This document shows positions 26,701-38,791 of a stretch of DNA of 64,000 nt, piece after piece. The stretch is taken from NCBI GenBank assembly GCA_012295275.1, contig CM022677.1, positions 11,656,001 to 11,720,000 on the forward strand, read 5' to 3'. Under the pieces are notes generated by a model. It did not search any database, had not been told where the DNA came from, and was given only the letters and a program-made list of their open reading frames with translations. The position numbers were made by a program, and so were the translations under genes. The first letter of the stretch is position 1; each line of letters opens with the position of its first letter. Source of the DNA: Chrysomallon squamiferum (lineage: Eukaryota > Animalia > Mollusca).

Positions 26701-28465
26701 AGAAGTGTGTTTTCTCTGTGTTTATTTACAGTAAGTGTGTATATTAATACAGAAGTGTGTTTTCTCTGTGTTTATTTCGGTAAGTGTGTATATTAATAGA
26801 GAAGAGTGTTTTCTCTTTGTTTATTTTCAGCTGATGAGTCAGGGGAGTGTGAGGATCAGGTGGAGGTGACGTCTATACTACAGAAAGCTCATCACTCGAG
26901 GAAGTCTGCTGAAGGCGTGGCTCAACATCTACTTCACAAACTGGACAGGAGCTGTGGAGTTCACACCACACCCTGTACTTCTCACCCCTGGGAGGATCTG
27001 TCTTCTGACAGCAGAATTGCAAGGTAATGCTTTACTTGAAATCTTTTTGTATTATGTGTTCTTTGTTTTCTATTATTTTATATTTAGTTTTGTAAGTACT
27101 GAAACTAACTTTATTAATTAATACATTTTCTTTTTCACTACTTCAAGGTGACACCTGATATTCTGCTTTCACTTTGTTTTTATACTTTACTATAATTACT
27201 TTTCTGTCTAAAGAGATTTTGTCTTTAGAATTTAATTTAATTGAAATTGTCTTTATTTTATACATTAAATATGCTTTTATATTTAAATGGACTGTATTTT
27301 TTTTTACCTTGTATTGAATTTAATCCACTTCATTTTTAACACTTAAAAGTGATTTTGTTTTCATGTATATAAATTATCTTTATTTTGTATTTATTGAAAT
27401 CTAATTTTATACCTTTCATATTGCTTTTATTAACCTAAATGGACTTATAATTAAAAAAACATACTTTTGCTTCTGAATGGGATTTTTTTTCACTAAGATA
27501 GGTTTTGATTTTGCAGTAGTTTAAAGTCTATTCTGTAATTTAATTATCTTTTTAAAAGGATTTTTACCTAATTAGAGAATTATAAATTTCAAGTGCATTA
27601 ACTTACTTTTCCATGACTAGTGATAATCTTTACCAAACCAACTTTTCATTTTGAACTGTCCAGCACGTCCAGTTCTACGGCCAATTCAGTGGACACTGAC
27701 TTCACCAAACTTGATGAACAGAGACTGCTTGAGTACATTCAGTCACTGAAGAATGACCGGGCAGTGGTCAGAATGACCGTCATGGAGCTGGAGAGTTTAC
27801 ACTTTGATTCTCTGCTTGATGAACCCAAGAAAACTCCAGAAGCTCAAAGACTGGATTTGGAAAATGCTGTTAATGCAGGAGCTGATGGCTATGAAGGTCA
27901 GTGTTACTAAATGTGTTGTTCTGTCTCTATAAAAATTCCTTTCTGCTAATCTTAAAAGAGAATAACCCATTATTTTTTGTGAACAGGAGTCTTCTCTCAG
28001 TGTGTTTCAGTTTTTAACAATTTGAATAAATTAATATTAAAATTGTCTTCTATTTGTATATTGTATTTTTTCTTTTCATATTCTTTTATCCATAACACTT
28101 TGATCTTTGTTTTATATTTATTATTATATTTATTCTGTATATTGAAAAATATTTTCTGGGATTCTAGACAGACTAAACTTTATTCTTAACATTAGAATAG
28201 CATATTATTAAAACTACCTTGATGTCTTGTACTATATTAACTAGTATTTCTGTTCTTTTGATTTTATTAATGACACTTTGGTCTTTATTTTGAATCATGC
28301 TGTATTTGTATTAAAACATTTTCTGAATTCTGGACAGACTCAATTTACTCACCTTGTTGTAATTTTGTTTTTCAGGAGGAGAAGTCGGAGCTGAAGGCTC
28401 AGAACTACTTGATGGAGAAGGAGAAGAGAGCTCTGGAGTTGAGACTGAGTGGTAAGGAGTCACAA
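22628..28465 (+). pseudogene. MCC: Colorectal mutant cancer protein (MCC) unprocessed pseudogene, 9 recognisable exons, truncated at both ends
   Basis: Exons with AG/GT boundaries: 22628-22741 (AALTSLKWEIIELNNRL...ERDHLEK*), ~23217-23304 (YEERVTELQCVIAEL), 23746-23827 (REEDD), 24289-24541, 25149-25260 (VAKIAE), 25555-25803 (MGKYESNSTALQLA), 26831-27023 (KAHHSRKSAE...PWEDLSS), 27664-27896 (FTKLDEQRL...RLDLENAV/MQELMAMK), 28376-~28465 (EEKSELKAQNYLMEKEKRALEL). Stop at 22724-22726; frameshifts in exons 2, 4 and 8. Confidence 0.93.
25905..26830. repeat. 50-bp intronic minisatellite (~18 copies)
   Basis: Unit tattttcagtaagtgtgtatattaatacagaagtgtgttttctctgtgtt; ~2 further copies at 25340-25435. 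Confidence 0.97.
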
Positions 28466-28900
28466 ACATGTGATTATCTATGTTTTATCTATCACTTTAT
28501 CTCTTCTAAGTTAGATAGTATATATATATATATATATATATAATTATATAACCAGACTGGGCAAACACAAACATGTGAATATCTCTGTTTTATCTATCAC
28601 TTTATCTCTTCTAAGTTAGATAGTATATATATAAAATTATATAAACAGACTGGGCAAACACAAACATGTCATTATCTCTGTTTTATTTATCACTTTATCT
28701 CTTCTAAGTTAGATAGTATATATATAAAATTATATAAACAGACTGGGCAAACACAAACATGTCATTATCTCTGTTTTATTTATCACTTTATCTCTTCTAA
28801 GTTAGATAATATATATATAAAATTATATAAACAGACTGGGCAAACAGAAACATAAGACTATCTCTGTTTTATTTATTACTTTACCTGTTCTAAGTTAGAT
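28461..28900. repeat. ~90-bp tandem repeat (~5 copies)
   Basis: Unit cacaaacatgtcattatctctgttttatttatcactttatctcttctaagttagatagtatatatataaaattatataaacagactgggcaaa. Confidence 0.95.
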
Positions 28901-29211
28901 ATGCGAATCAAATTCATCTTTATTTTAGACATGTTTGTTATCTCTTTAGATTATCTTTCAGTAAATAATTTGAATTGATAACTGCATCATTAAATCTCAT
29001 TAGAATGCAAAACAAAAGATTTAAAAAAGGTTATGTTTCAATTTTTAGTTTACTATAATTATATTGATTCATGCAGACTTAATTTATTGAATTGTTTAAT
29101 AACAAGGAAATGTCATTATTTACTGAATGACATTCAGATCTTTCATCATGTATTTATAGGAACTGAAGAAACCAATATACTAAACTGCGGATTTAAACTG
29201 TTTATTTTCAG

Positions 29212-29799
29212 AAGTTAAATCAGCATGTTAAGGATAAAAATATTCAGGAAATTGTTTCTAAATACAAACTGGGATTGACATTTTGGAACAAACAGAAGGA
29301 GATGAGGCTCAGTTGTACAATGGAGGTAATGGATACTCATGTTAAGAACATTAAACAATCACACAAAAAAGATCAAACAGAACTTGAAGAGAACAAGTAA
29401 GTTGACACTGTCTTTTCTTTTTCCTTTCACATGTGTCACCTCTTTAACTGACAAAGATGATAATGATATTTGTATAGATGTATTTCATTAAGGATGTTGG
29501 GATTTTTTTGTTGTTTTTATTATTATTATTATTATTCACAAAAAAATGATTTAATTTCAGGAAACAGTTAATATCAGTGGAAAAGCCTTTTGGCAGCAAT
29601 TTTACAGAAATAGGTAATGTTATTAGCAATTCTTAGTCAACAGTCTATGAATTTTACAAATGAATTGAATTGTTAAGTATGATTTGGAAATAAAATGCAT
29701 TTTTATATTAGTAAACACTAGTGTTTCAACACTAAAGAAGACAATTTGTAAGGTGAAATTTCTATTATTTGTTTTGTTTTTTTGTTGTAGTAGTCTGTG

Positions 29800-29835
<36 letters not shown>

Positions 29836-30926
29836 AAAATATAATCTATATAACTATTGTTTTATTTTATTTATTTTTATTAATTAAGAATGAGTTTAAT
29901 TTTTTTGGACCAGGTTCTAAAAGATCCATGTCTATGTGTGGATTGAATGCTGCTCTAAAGGTATGTTTTATGCATTCACTTTTGTGTTTTATAGCTCATT
30001 TGATTAATCAAAAGTAGCATTTAATTAGGTGGCAATTTATTTTTATGTACAGAATAGTATTGATAATTTATGTAAATATTTCATAAAGGATGCCTGTTTG
30101 CTTAGTTTAAATAGTATAGAATCAATGTAATAATAGTTACATGCCAGCCTAGTACCAGTAGTAGAATAGTGAACAGAACAGTTGTATTAATTTGTAATTT
30201 ACTGTTATTAATACCTCACTCTAATATGAAATATATACATTTAATACTTTATGTGGTAGGGCTAAAGTTATTTATAATATTTTGAAATTTGATAGACGGA
30301 TGGAATTGGCTTGAAAGATTTTTCTTATTTTGTTATTTTATCACATGCATGTGCAATGTTGTCTTTGTTTTAAATACATTTTAAAATGTATGTAAATTAT
30401 TCATTATTGTAACTATTAACTGAATGCACAGGCAGTCATCTTAAACTGGACTAAAGCACAGTGTAAATATCAAATTTTACCATGTTACAGAAGTATTCAA
30501 ATATATTAAAACATATTTTTCATAACCTCTTTTACTTATGTATTGCTATTTTAATCCTTTTGTAACAAAGTTAAAAAGAATATTAAACTGATTGAAATTA
30601 AGAATATAAAAACATTTAATAAATTATTGTTATTATTAAAATTGTATTGGACTAAAATTCTTCTTGCTAAGACAGTGAAATGCTGTTAGAGCTGACAAGA
30701 AAAATACTACTTGCACTTTATTTTATGTTTAGTTTATTAATAAATATTATGTTTTGTTGTAGGATCCTAGACAACAGATTCAAGCTGCCTTAGCCAGCAC
30801 TTCAGTCGAAAATGTTGTAAGACCCATTTTCAGACAAGGTTCACTAGAGCACCAGAATGCTATTACATCACAGTCTTCCCTGTCCAGAGAAAGCTCAATA
30901 CTTTCAAGAGAAAATCTGTCTGAAAT
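29212..30926 (+). pseudogene. IRAG/LRMP (MRVI1/Jaw1-domain) family gene fragment, degenerate exons
   Basis: Exon 29212-29396 (tttcag|...|gtaagt) ends QKEMRLSCTMEVMDTHVKNIKQSHKKDQTELEENK, like the family motif QExRxSKAxEVMxQHVENLKRxYxKxHAELxExK; further AG/GT exons 29561-29612, 29914-29960 (SKRSMS) and 30763-30926. Confidence 0.7.
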
Positions 30927-31569
30927 GTAATTTGAATTTCAAAAACTCAGTGATCTGCAAGAGATTGCATTGTCAATGTGATCAGAACATCCAGTGTACA
31001 CATTGTACTTCATAGCAGCTTGCACAGTTTTTATCTTTGATGTATGCATAGTTATTCTAATTTTTATTGCTGAAAGAGGAATGGAGATCCTGTTTTTTTA
31101 GAGATCTAAATTTATATTTAAATTTCTTGTTATTTATTATTAAACCCTATTATAATAAGACTGATGATGTTTATTTATAATAATTTCTTTCTAACATTAC
31201 AGACAATTAAACACAATGGAAAAATACTTATTATTCTCTTAAATTGTATTATTGTATCTACAGGAAAGACATTATTCTGGAATTTAACTTCATTTACAAG
31301 AATATGGAGAAGACTATAAGGGTTGCTTCAAACAGTTGAGATATCTACTGATATAGACCAAGTTTCCAGACAGAGAAGTTGTTGACAATATACGTCAGTG
31401 TTGACTGATTGTTCTCCAATAGTTAACAGTGGATGATTCTTGGTTTTATCAGGAAGGCAGTAAAACAGCTTCCACTATAATGACTAATGACACTGCAAAA
31501 GCTCTGTGCGGTTCTACTTTACAGATTAATGCAGAAGAAATGAAAAGATGTGGAACAATGATATTTTCA

Positions 31570-32719
31570 GATGTGTATATCAGCAATAGTGATAACTTCT
31601 ACTCTTGTAATAGTATGTATGTGTGTATATCCTCAATAGTGATATAGTATGTGTGTGTGAGTGTATAACAATTGTGTTAACTACTACTCTGATAATGGTA
31701 AGGGTGTCTGTATGTGAAACGGTAACAGTGATAATTGCTACTCTGATAATAGTAAGTGTGTCTGTGTGTGTAATGGCAACAGTGATAATTGCTACTCTGA
31801 TAATAGTAATGTGTCTGTGTATGGTTCTGTGTCTGTGTGTGTGTGTGTGTGTATCAGTAACAGTGACAATTGCTACTCTGATAATAGTATGTTTGTGTGT
31901 CTGATAGTGATATCGGCAATAGTGATAACTGCTACTTTGATAATAGTGTGTATGTGTGTTTTTATCAGCAATAGTGATAACTGCTACTCTGATAATAGTG
32001 TCTGTGTGTGTGAGTATGTGACTATATCACCAATAGTGATAACTGCTATTCTGATAATATTGTGTTTGTGTGTGTATGAGTGTATCATTAATAGTCATAA
32101 TAGTGTCTGTGTATCAGCAATAGTGATAATTACTACTCTGATAATAGTATGTGTGTGTGTATAAATCAGCAATAGTTAAAATTGCAACTGAGATAATAGT
32201 ATGTATGTGTGTCACAATTGCTACTGTGATAATAGTTTGTGTGTCAGTATATCAGCACTAGTGATCTTTTCTACTGTGATAATTGTGTGTGTGTCAGAAA
32301 TAGTGATAACTGCTAGTCTGATATAGTGTGTGTGTGTCTGTTTGTGTGTATAATAATGATACTTGCTAGTCTGATATTGGTGTGTGTGTGTCTGTTTGAG
32401 TGTATCAGCAATAGTGAAAGCTGCTACTCTGATAATAATCTGTGTGTGTGAGTTTATCAGCAGTAGTGATGATTGCTTCTGTGATAATATTGTGTATGTG
32501 TATATTGTTATAACTGCTTCTCTGATAATATTGTGCGTGTATCAGCAATACTGATAACTGCTACTCTGATAATAATCTGTGTGTGTGTGTCTAAGCAATA
32601 ATGATATTTGACAATAGTAAGTGTATATATCAGCAATACAGATAACTACTACTAATAGTTTAAGTGTGTGTATGTGTGAGTGTATCAGCCATAGTGATAA
32701 TTCCTACTCTGGTAATAGT

Positions 32720-32765
<46 letters not shown>

Positions 32766-33710
32766 TGGCAATAGTGACAATTCCTACTCTGATAATAGTG
32801 TGTGTGTGTGAATGTATCAGCAATAGTGATAAATACTTCTGTGATAATGGTATATGTGTATGTTTCTGAGTATATCAGCAAAAGTGATGACTGCTTCTGT
32901 GATAATAGTATATATGTTTCTGTGAGCATGTGTATATTGTCATAACTGCTACTCTGATAATATTGTGCGTGTATCAGCAATACTGATAACTGCCTGACTG
33001 ATAACAGTATGTGTGTGTGTGTGTGTGTGTATCAGCAATAATGATATTTACTACTCTGATAATAGTATGTGTGTATCAGCCATATTGATAATTGCTACTC
33101 TGATATTAGTAGGTGCATATCAGCAATAGTGATAACTGCTACTCTGATAATTGTGTGTGTATGTGCATATCAGCAATAGTGATAATTGCTACTCTGATAA
33201 TAGTGTGTGTATATCAGCAACACACACATAACTACTAATAATAATATGAGTGTGTATGTGTGTGAGTATCGGCAATAGTGATAATTTCTGCTCTGATAAT
33301 AGTGTGTGTTTGAGTGCATCAGCACTAGTGATAACTGCTACTCTGATAATAGTGTGTGTGTGGTTCTGTGTATGTGTGTGTATCAGTAACAGTGATAATT
33401 TCTACTCTGATAACCGTGTGTGTGCCTGTATATCAGCAATAGTGATAACTGCTAGTCTGATAATAGTGTGTGTATCTGTTTGAGTATATCAGCAATAGTG
33501 ATAATAGTATGTGTGTGTGTGTGTGTGGGTAAGCAATATTGACAATTTCTACTCCGATAATAGTATGTGTCTGATAATAGTGTATGTGTATGTATGTGAG
33601 TGTATCAGCAATAGTGATAATTTCTACTCACATAATTGTGTGTTTGTTTATCTGCAACAGTGATAATTGCTACTCTAATAATAGTGTGTATGTGTGTGTG
33701 TCAGCAATGT
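31570..33710. repeat. Composite satellite: conserved ~35-bp core separated by variable (TG)n spacers
   Basis: Core atcagcaatagtgataactgctactctgataatag repeated dozens of times with gtgtgt spacers. Confidence 0.93.
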
Positions 33711-34811
33711 GTTCAGAAATATTTGGTTATCAATTTATATGTTTAAATGCTCCTTTAAATTTAAGATTGAATCTGACATTGCCTTTAGTCTTTGTTTATA
33801 CCACAAAGGGACACATGTCTGAGTTAAAGAGCTTGAGTAGAAACTCATTAGGTAATAAATTAGTTTTGTATTTTTCAGTAAAAAATAATTTTTTAATTCA
33901 AAATAATAAAATAGAAGCTTGCATATTGTTTGAGATTTGTTATGTTTACTTTTGTTTCTATACACATACACAGGAGGAAAAATAACACTTGTTAATAGCT
34001 TCTCGTATTTTATAGTAGTAAACAGTTGTGTTATTATTTGTGACAGAGATGTAATTAGCAGCAAAAACATCGGCAGCAACAGCTGTAATGGTAGCAATAG
34101 CATCAGCAGTAGTAATTATAACCCCAACTAGAAACAGTAGTAGTAGTAGTAGTAATAATAATAATAATAGCTAACCTTGTAGGATAGTGATAATAAAAGC
34201 TAATGTAGTAGTGTGGTAAAGGAGTAATCATAACTGTAGTTGTAGTAGTAGTAGCAGCAGTAGTAATAATAATAATAGCAGCTATGTAGTTTTAATAGAG
34301 GTACAGTAGGAAAAGTAGTTGTAGTTGCAATAGTTGTACTATTATTTTTTTAAATGCTCTATTCCACATTTTCTGATACACAGGAATAGTATTATTGCTA
34401 GATCAATTTTTAATACTAGCTCCTTTTAAATAAAGTAATTAATTATTCGATGTACTAATTTAAAACAGGTGATAAATTAGTAACAGCAGTAGTTAAATTA
34501 TATTTTCTTTTTACAACATTTTTGTTATTTGTAAAAGACAAAACAAACATGATGAAATATGCTGTTAATTCACACACAATCATACTGATATTAATGTGCA
34601 GATAAAATACACAGACCAAAGTTTATAAAGGAAATCATATTTTTATTAGATTTTTTTTCAGAGTTTTATCTTTATCTTTGTTGTTTTCATAGGCCAGTTA
34701 TTATAAGAAGTGTTTTTGATAATATCAGTTATTATGTATTAAATTTATGTTCTGTACTGTATGTGTGAGGATGTGTCAGTATGTATGTCTCTGCAGATAT
34801 GTGTGCCTGTA

Positions 34812-34872
<61 letters not shown>

Positions 34873-35455
34873 TTTGGTGTATGTGTCAGTATGTATGTTG
34901 GTATGTCTGTTTGTGTCAGTTTTGCCTAAGTGATAGTGTCTTTTACTTGTGTTATATGAGTGCATGCATTTATGAATGCACAAAATAGAACATAAACTCA
35001 GCAGATAAAGCATCAAATCAATTTATTTAGTAAATATTAATAAAAAAAATAGATGTCTAGATCAATTTTTAATACTAGCTCCTGTTAAATAAATTAATTA
35101 ATTATTTGATGTACTAATTTAAAACAGGTGATAAATTAGTAACAGCTGTAGTTAAATTATATTTTCTTTTTACAATACTTTTGTTATTTTTAATTAATTA
35201 TTTTTGTATTTGTTACAATTTTGGTGTTGAATTTGATGTTTTAATGCATTGTTACTCTTTTTTGGTAAATAAAAAAGAGATATAAAATTGTTTTCAGTGT
35301 GTTTATTATTACTGTTTATTATTACTGATTTGTATACTTTGTGAAGGCAATAATTGTATAAAATTGGGTCTAAGAATTTTAACTCAGTTCTCAACATATA
35401 AATAATAGCTGGAAAAGTTATACTTATTCTTAAATATTACTCAAAAGGAAACAAA

Positions 35456-35489
<34 letters not shown>

Positions 35490-36798
35490 GTAAATACATA
35501 TATATAGAAGGAGTAATAGTGAATCAAATATTAAATTTATCAAGTTAAAATAAATTTTAAATGGAATAACAAGTGTTGTTTATCAAATAGTTATTTTATG
35601 GAAGACTCAAAAATTATAACTAATAATCTATTTAAATATGTACAGAATTAAAAATGTAAAACTACTGTGTGTGTGTGTGTGTGTGTGTTTGTGTGTGAAT
35701 GTGCATGCTTGTGCACATTTGTTTATGTGTGTATGTGCATTTGTTTTTCTGACTAAACAAGCACAAACTTACACTAATATACACAAACACACACACACAC
35801 AAAAACACATTTATATTAATTTCTACATAGTTTATAATGTATATTTATTAGAATATAACATCTAATGTATATCAGTTATTTAGAAAATTCTATTAAACTG
35901 TATTTATTACTAATTTCATCTCAAGCAAATCAAGCAGTATTAATTTAAATTCAAAAGTAATAATAATTGTGTAAATTATCAGTTTATGTCAATTTGAATA
36001 CAAATTTATTTTTAAAAATGTTTAATAAATAATAAAATAATATTAAAAGTGATATATAAACTACAATAATGACAATAATAAATTAATAATAAATTTATAA
36101 ATAAATGAATAAAAAAGTAATAATAAAATTACAATAATGACAATGACAGTATTAAATAACTAATTAATAATACATTTTTATTAAGGATGGCTATCAATAT
36201 TACTGGTAACTAAACTACAAATGCTATATATCTACAAATATTACTACAAAAAGCATTTCTAAAAATCCACTAAATGATAATAAAATATTTTGAGACAAGT
36301 TAAATTAGTTTTTATTTTATGTATTTATTCTTCATAAAGTGATGCTGAAGATGCATAAAACATAAGAAATATGGAAATGGAGGTCGTACCCACGACGCTC
36401 CCCGATTTTCTAGTTTCACTGTAAATCATGTTTCTGAAATAGAACTAACTCGCAATAGCTCAGTGGGAATCTTCTTTAGAACATTTTAATAAATTTATAA
36501 ATTTCACACTAGTGTACATGTGTAAAACAGACTTACTGGTACAAACAGTGTCTTCAGATGGATAAAGAAATAAATGAATATGCATAACCTAATTTTCTGC
36601 CGATAACTCGAATAACGCAGGAGTACTTATCCTTTTGTTACTAGCAGTAGAGTAAAAAGTAACGTGTGATTTATTTTAATAAGAAACTACAGATAGAATG
36701 TATATGTAAAAATAAAAAATAATAATAAAAAATAAAAATGTTTACTGAAATAAAAAATAAAATAAAAATAGAAATAACAACAAAAACTATAATTTCAG

Positions 36799-37745
36799 AA
36801 AGTAACTCTGGAGAAACATCATGTGGAGAACCAGGGACATCAACATCTAGGAAACGGAAAGCAGAGGATGATGGATGCCCGGAGAAGACTCCAAAAGTTC
36901 GAAAGTCTTCCAAAAGTGACTCTGGAAAAACATCACAGAGCAGAAAGACCGGGGACATCAAGATCAGCATCACCCACCACTGCTGAATCAACACAACAGT
37001 CTGAAACTTCAAAATGTGACTCAGGAGAAACATCACGTGGAGAAAGACCAAGAACATCAACATCAGCATTAACCACCACTGCTAAATCAATACAACAGTC
37101 TGAAACTTCAAAATGTGACTCAGGAGAAACATCACGTGGAGAAAGACCAAGAACATCAACATCAGCATTAACCACCACTGCTAAATCAATACAACAGTCT
37201 GAAACTTCAAAATGTGACTCAGGAGAAACATCACGTGGAGAAAGACCAGGGTCATCAACATCTAGGAAACGGAAAGCAGAGGATGATGAATGCCCGGAGA
37301 AGCCTCCAAAAGTTCGAAAGTCTTCCGAAAGTGACTCAGGAGAAACATCAAAAGGAGAAATACCAGGGACATCAACATCAGCATCACTCACCATTGCTGA
37401 ATCAAGTTTACTGCAATAAAACATAAAATAAAAATAGAAATAGTTCAAACAACAAAAAATATAATTTCAGAAAGTTACTCTGGAGAAACATCATGTGGAG
37501 GACCAGAGATATCAACATCTAGGAAACGGAAAGCAGAGGATGATGAATGCCCGGAGAAGACTCCAAAGGTTCGAAAGTCTTCCAAAAGTGACCCTGGAGA
37601 AACAGTTGAGGTGGTCTAGCAGAATAAATTGTCCAGTTTGCTCTGAAAGATTCACTATCTTCGTGCACACCACAAGAAATGGAAATTGCCACGTCTCAGA
37701 GTCAGGAAAGTCGGACGAAATTTTCCAGCTGGACACATTAACAGT
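36799..37745 (+). pseudogene. Internally repeated Ser/Thr/Glu-rich exon pair with NLS-like motifs, frameshifted; unidentified gene
   Basis: Three copies of (P)GTSTSRKRKAEDD(G/E)CPEK(T/P)PKVRKSS, three ~102-bp SETSKCDSGETSRGERP units, duplicated 'ataatttcag|aaagt' acceptor at 36798 and 37470, CPVC motif near the end. Confidence 0.55.
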
Positions 37746-38310
37746 CAGTCTGTTATCAGTCGTATATTTACTTATCTATTTTGGAAAAACTTCTTTGCTA
37801 ATAGAATTTTGTCTTCTACTAGGATATGAGTAATATTTGAAGCCTTACAACATCACTCTAGGTGTATTAGTTTTCCTTCAGCTGGTATGCATCTGTTATT
37901 TGTTTTTATTCTACTGATCAAAAATAGAAATATTTATTCATCTATATATTCTACTATATATTTTACTATTCTATTATATATTTTATTCTGCTGCTATGGC
38001 TGAACTTAACTGTTTCAAAAAGTTCTTATTCTTATGTTCATAGTAATAATAATAATGGTGATGATGATGACGATGTTGATGTAGAAAATGGCAGTGATGA
38101 TGATCATGATGTAAAATATGCCATGATGATGATGATGATGATGATAATGTAGAAGACAGCAGTGATGATGATGTAAACGAGGCTATGATGATGACGGTGG
38201 TGATAGTAATAGAATGCAGATATTTATTTGTAAAATATTTATATGGAGTTGGTAATATCTGCCCTGGACAACCAAACCCTAGGATATCTACCCCTTGGAC
38301 AAGTAACACC

Positions 38311-38353
<43 letters not shown>

Positions 38354-38384
38354 TATTTTATTTTATTTTTTATCTTTGTACACC

Positions 38385-38791
38385 ACAAACCCCGAATCAG
38401 GTGAAGATTACAGATTTTGGATTTGCTAAACTTCTTGATTAAAATGAGGAAGAGTGAGTGGAACACTAGTAATTCACATTTCTTACTAATCAAAAAACAC
38501 TGATAAATTGGTTCAAATTCTGATTTTAAATACTGAAGTTTAAATTCTGTTTTCTTATTAATAGGGAATATTGAAGAACTGAAATTCTGAATGGTTGAAA
38601 TTCAATTTTCTTATTAATAGGGAACTTACAAACTGAAACTTGGAACAGTCTTAATTCAGTTTTTTATTTATTAACTGGGAACGTTGATGTGCTGAAATTT
38701 CGAAAAGATTAAATTTGAGATGTTATGCTATAAACTGGAAAAATATGAGAAACGAAATTTTATTTTTTTCACTGTTTCAGATGCCAATCAA
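38385..38791 (+). pseudogene. EGFR: EGFR/ErbB tyrosine kinase fragment (activation-loop exon end, intron, start of next exon)
   Basis: QTPNQVKITDFGFAKLLD*NEE matches ErbB 'KTPQHVKITDFGLAKLL'; at 38781 'gtttcag|atgccaatcaa' = MPI(K), the start of the next ErbB exon ([V/M]PIKW), cut after ~11 nt. Confidence 0.75.

Noticed and set aside
31570-33710. CRISPR-like repeat-spacer pattern and Cys/Val-rich ORFs
   Set aside because: Spacers are (TG)n microsatellites and cores are degenerate; the ORFs are repeat translations.
36340-36480. GC-richer stretch with a short open frame (KYGNGGRTHDAPRF...)
   Set aside because: No recognisable motif or RNA-gene structure.
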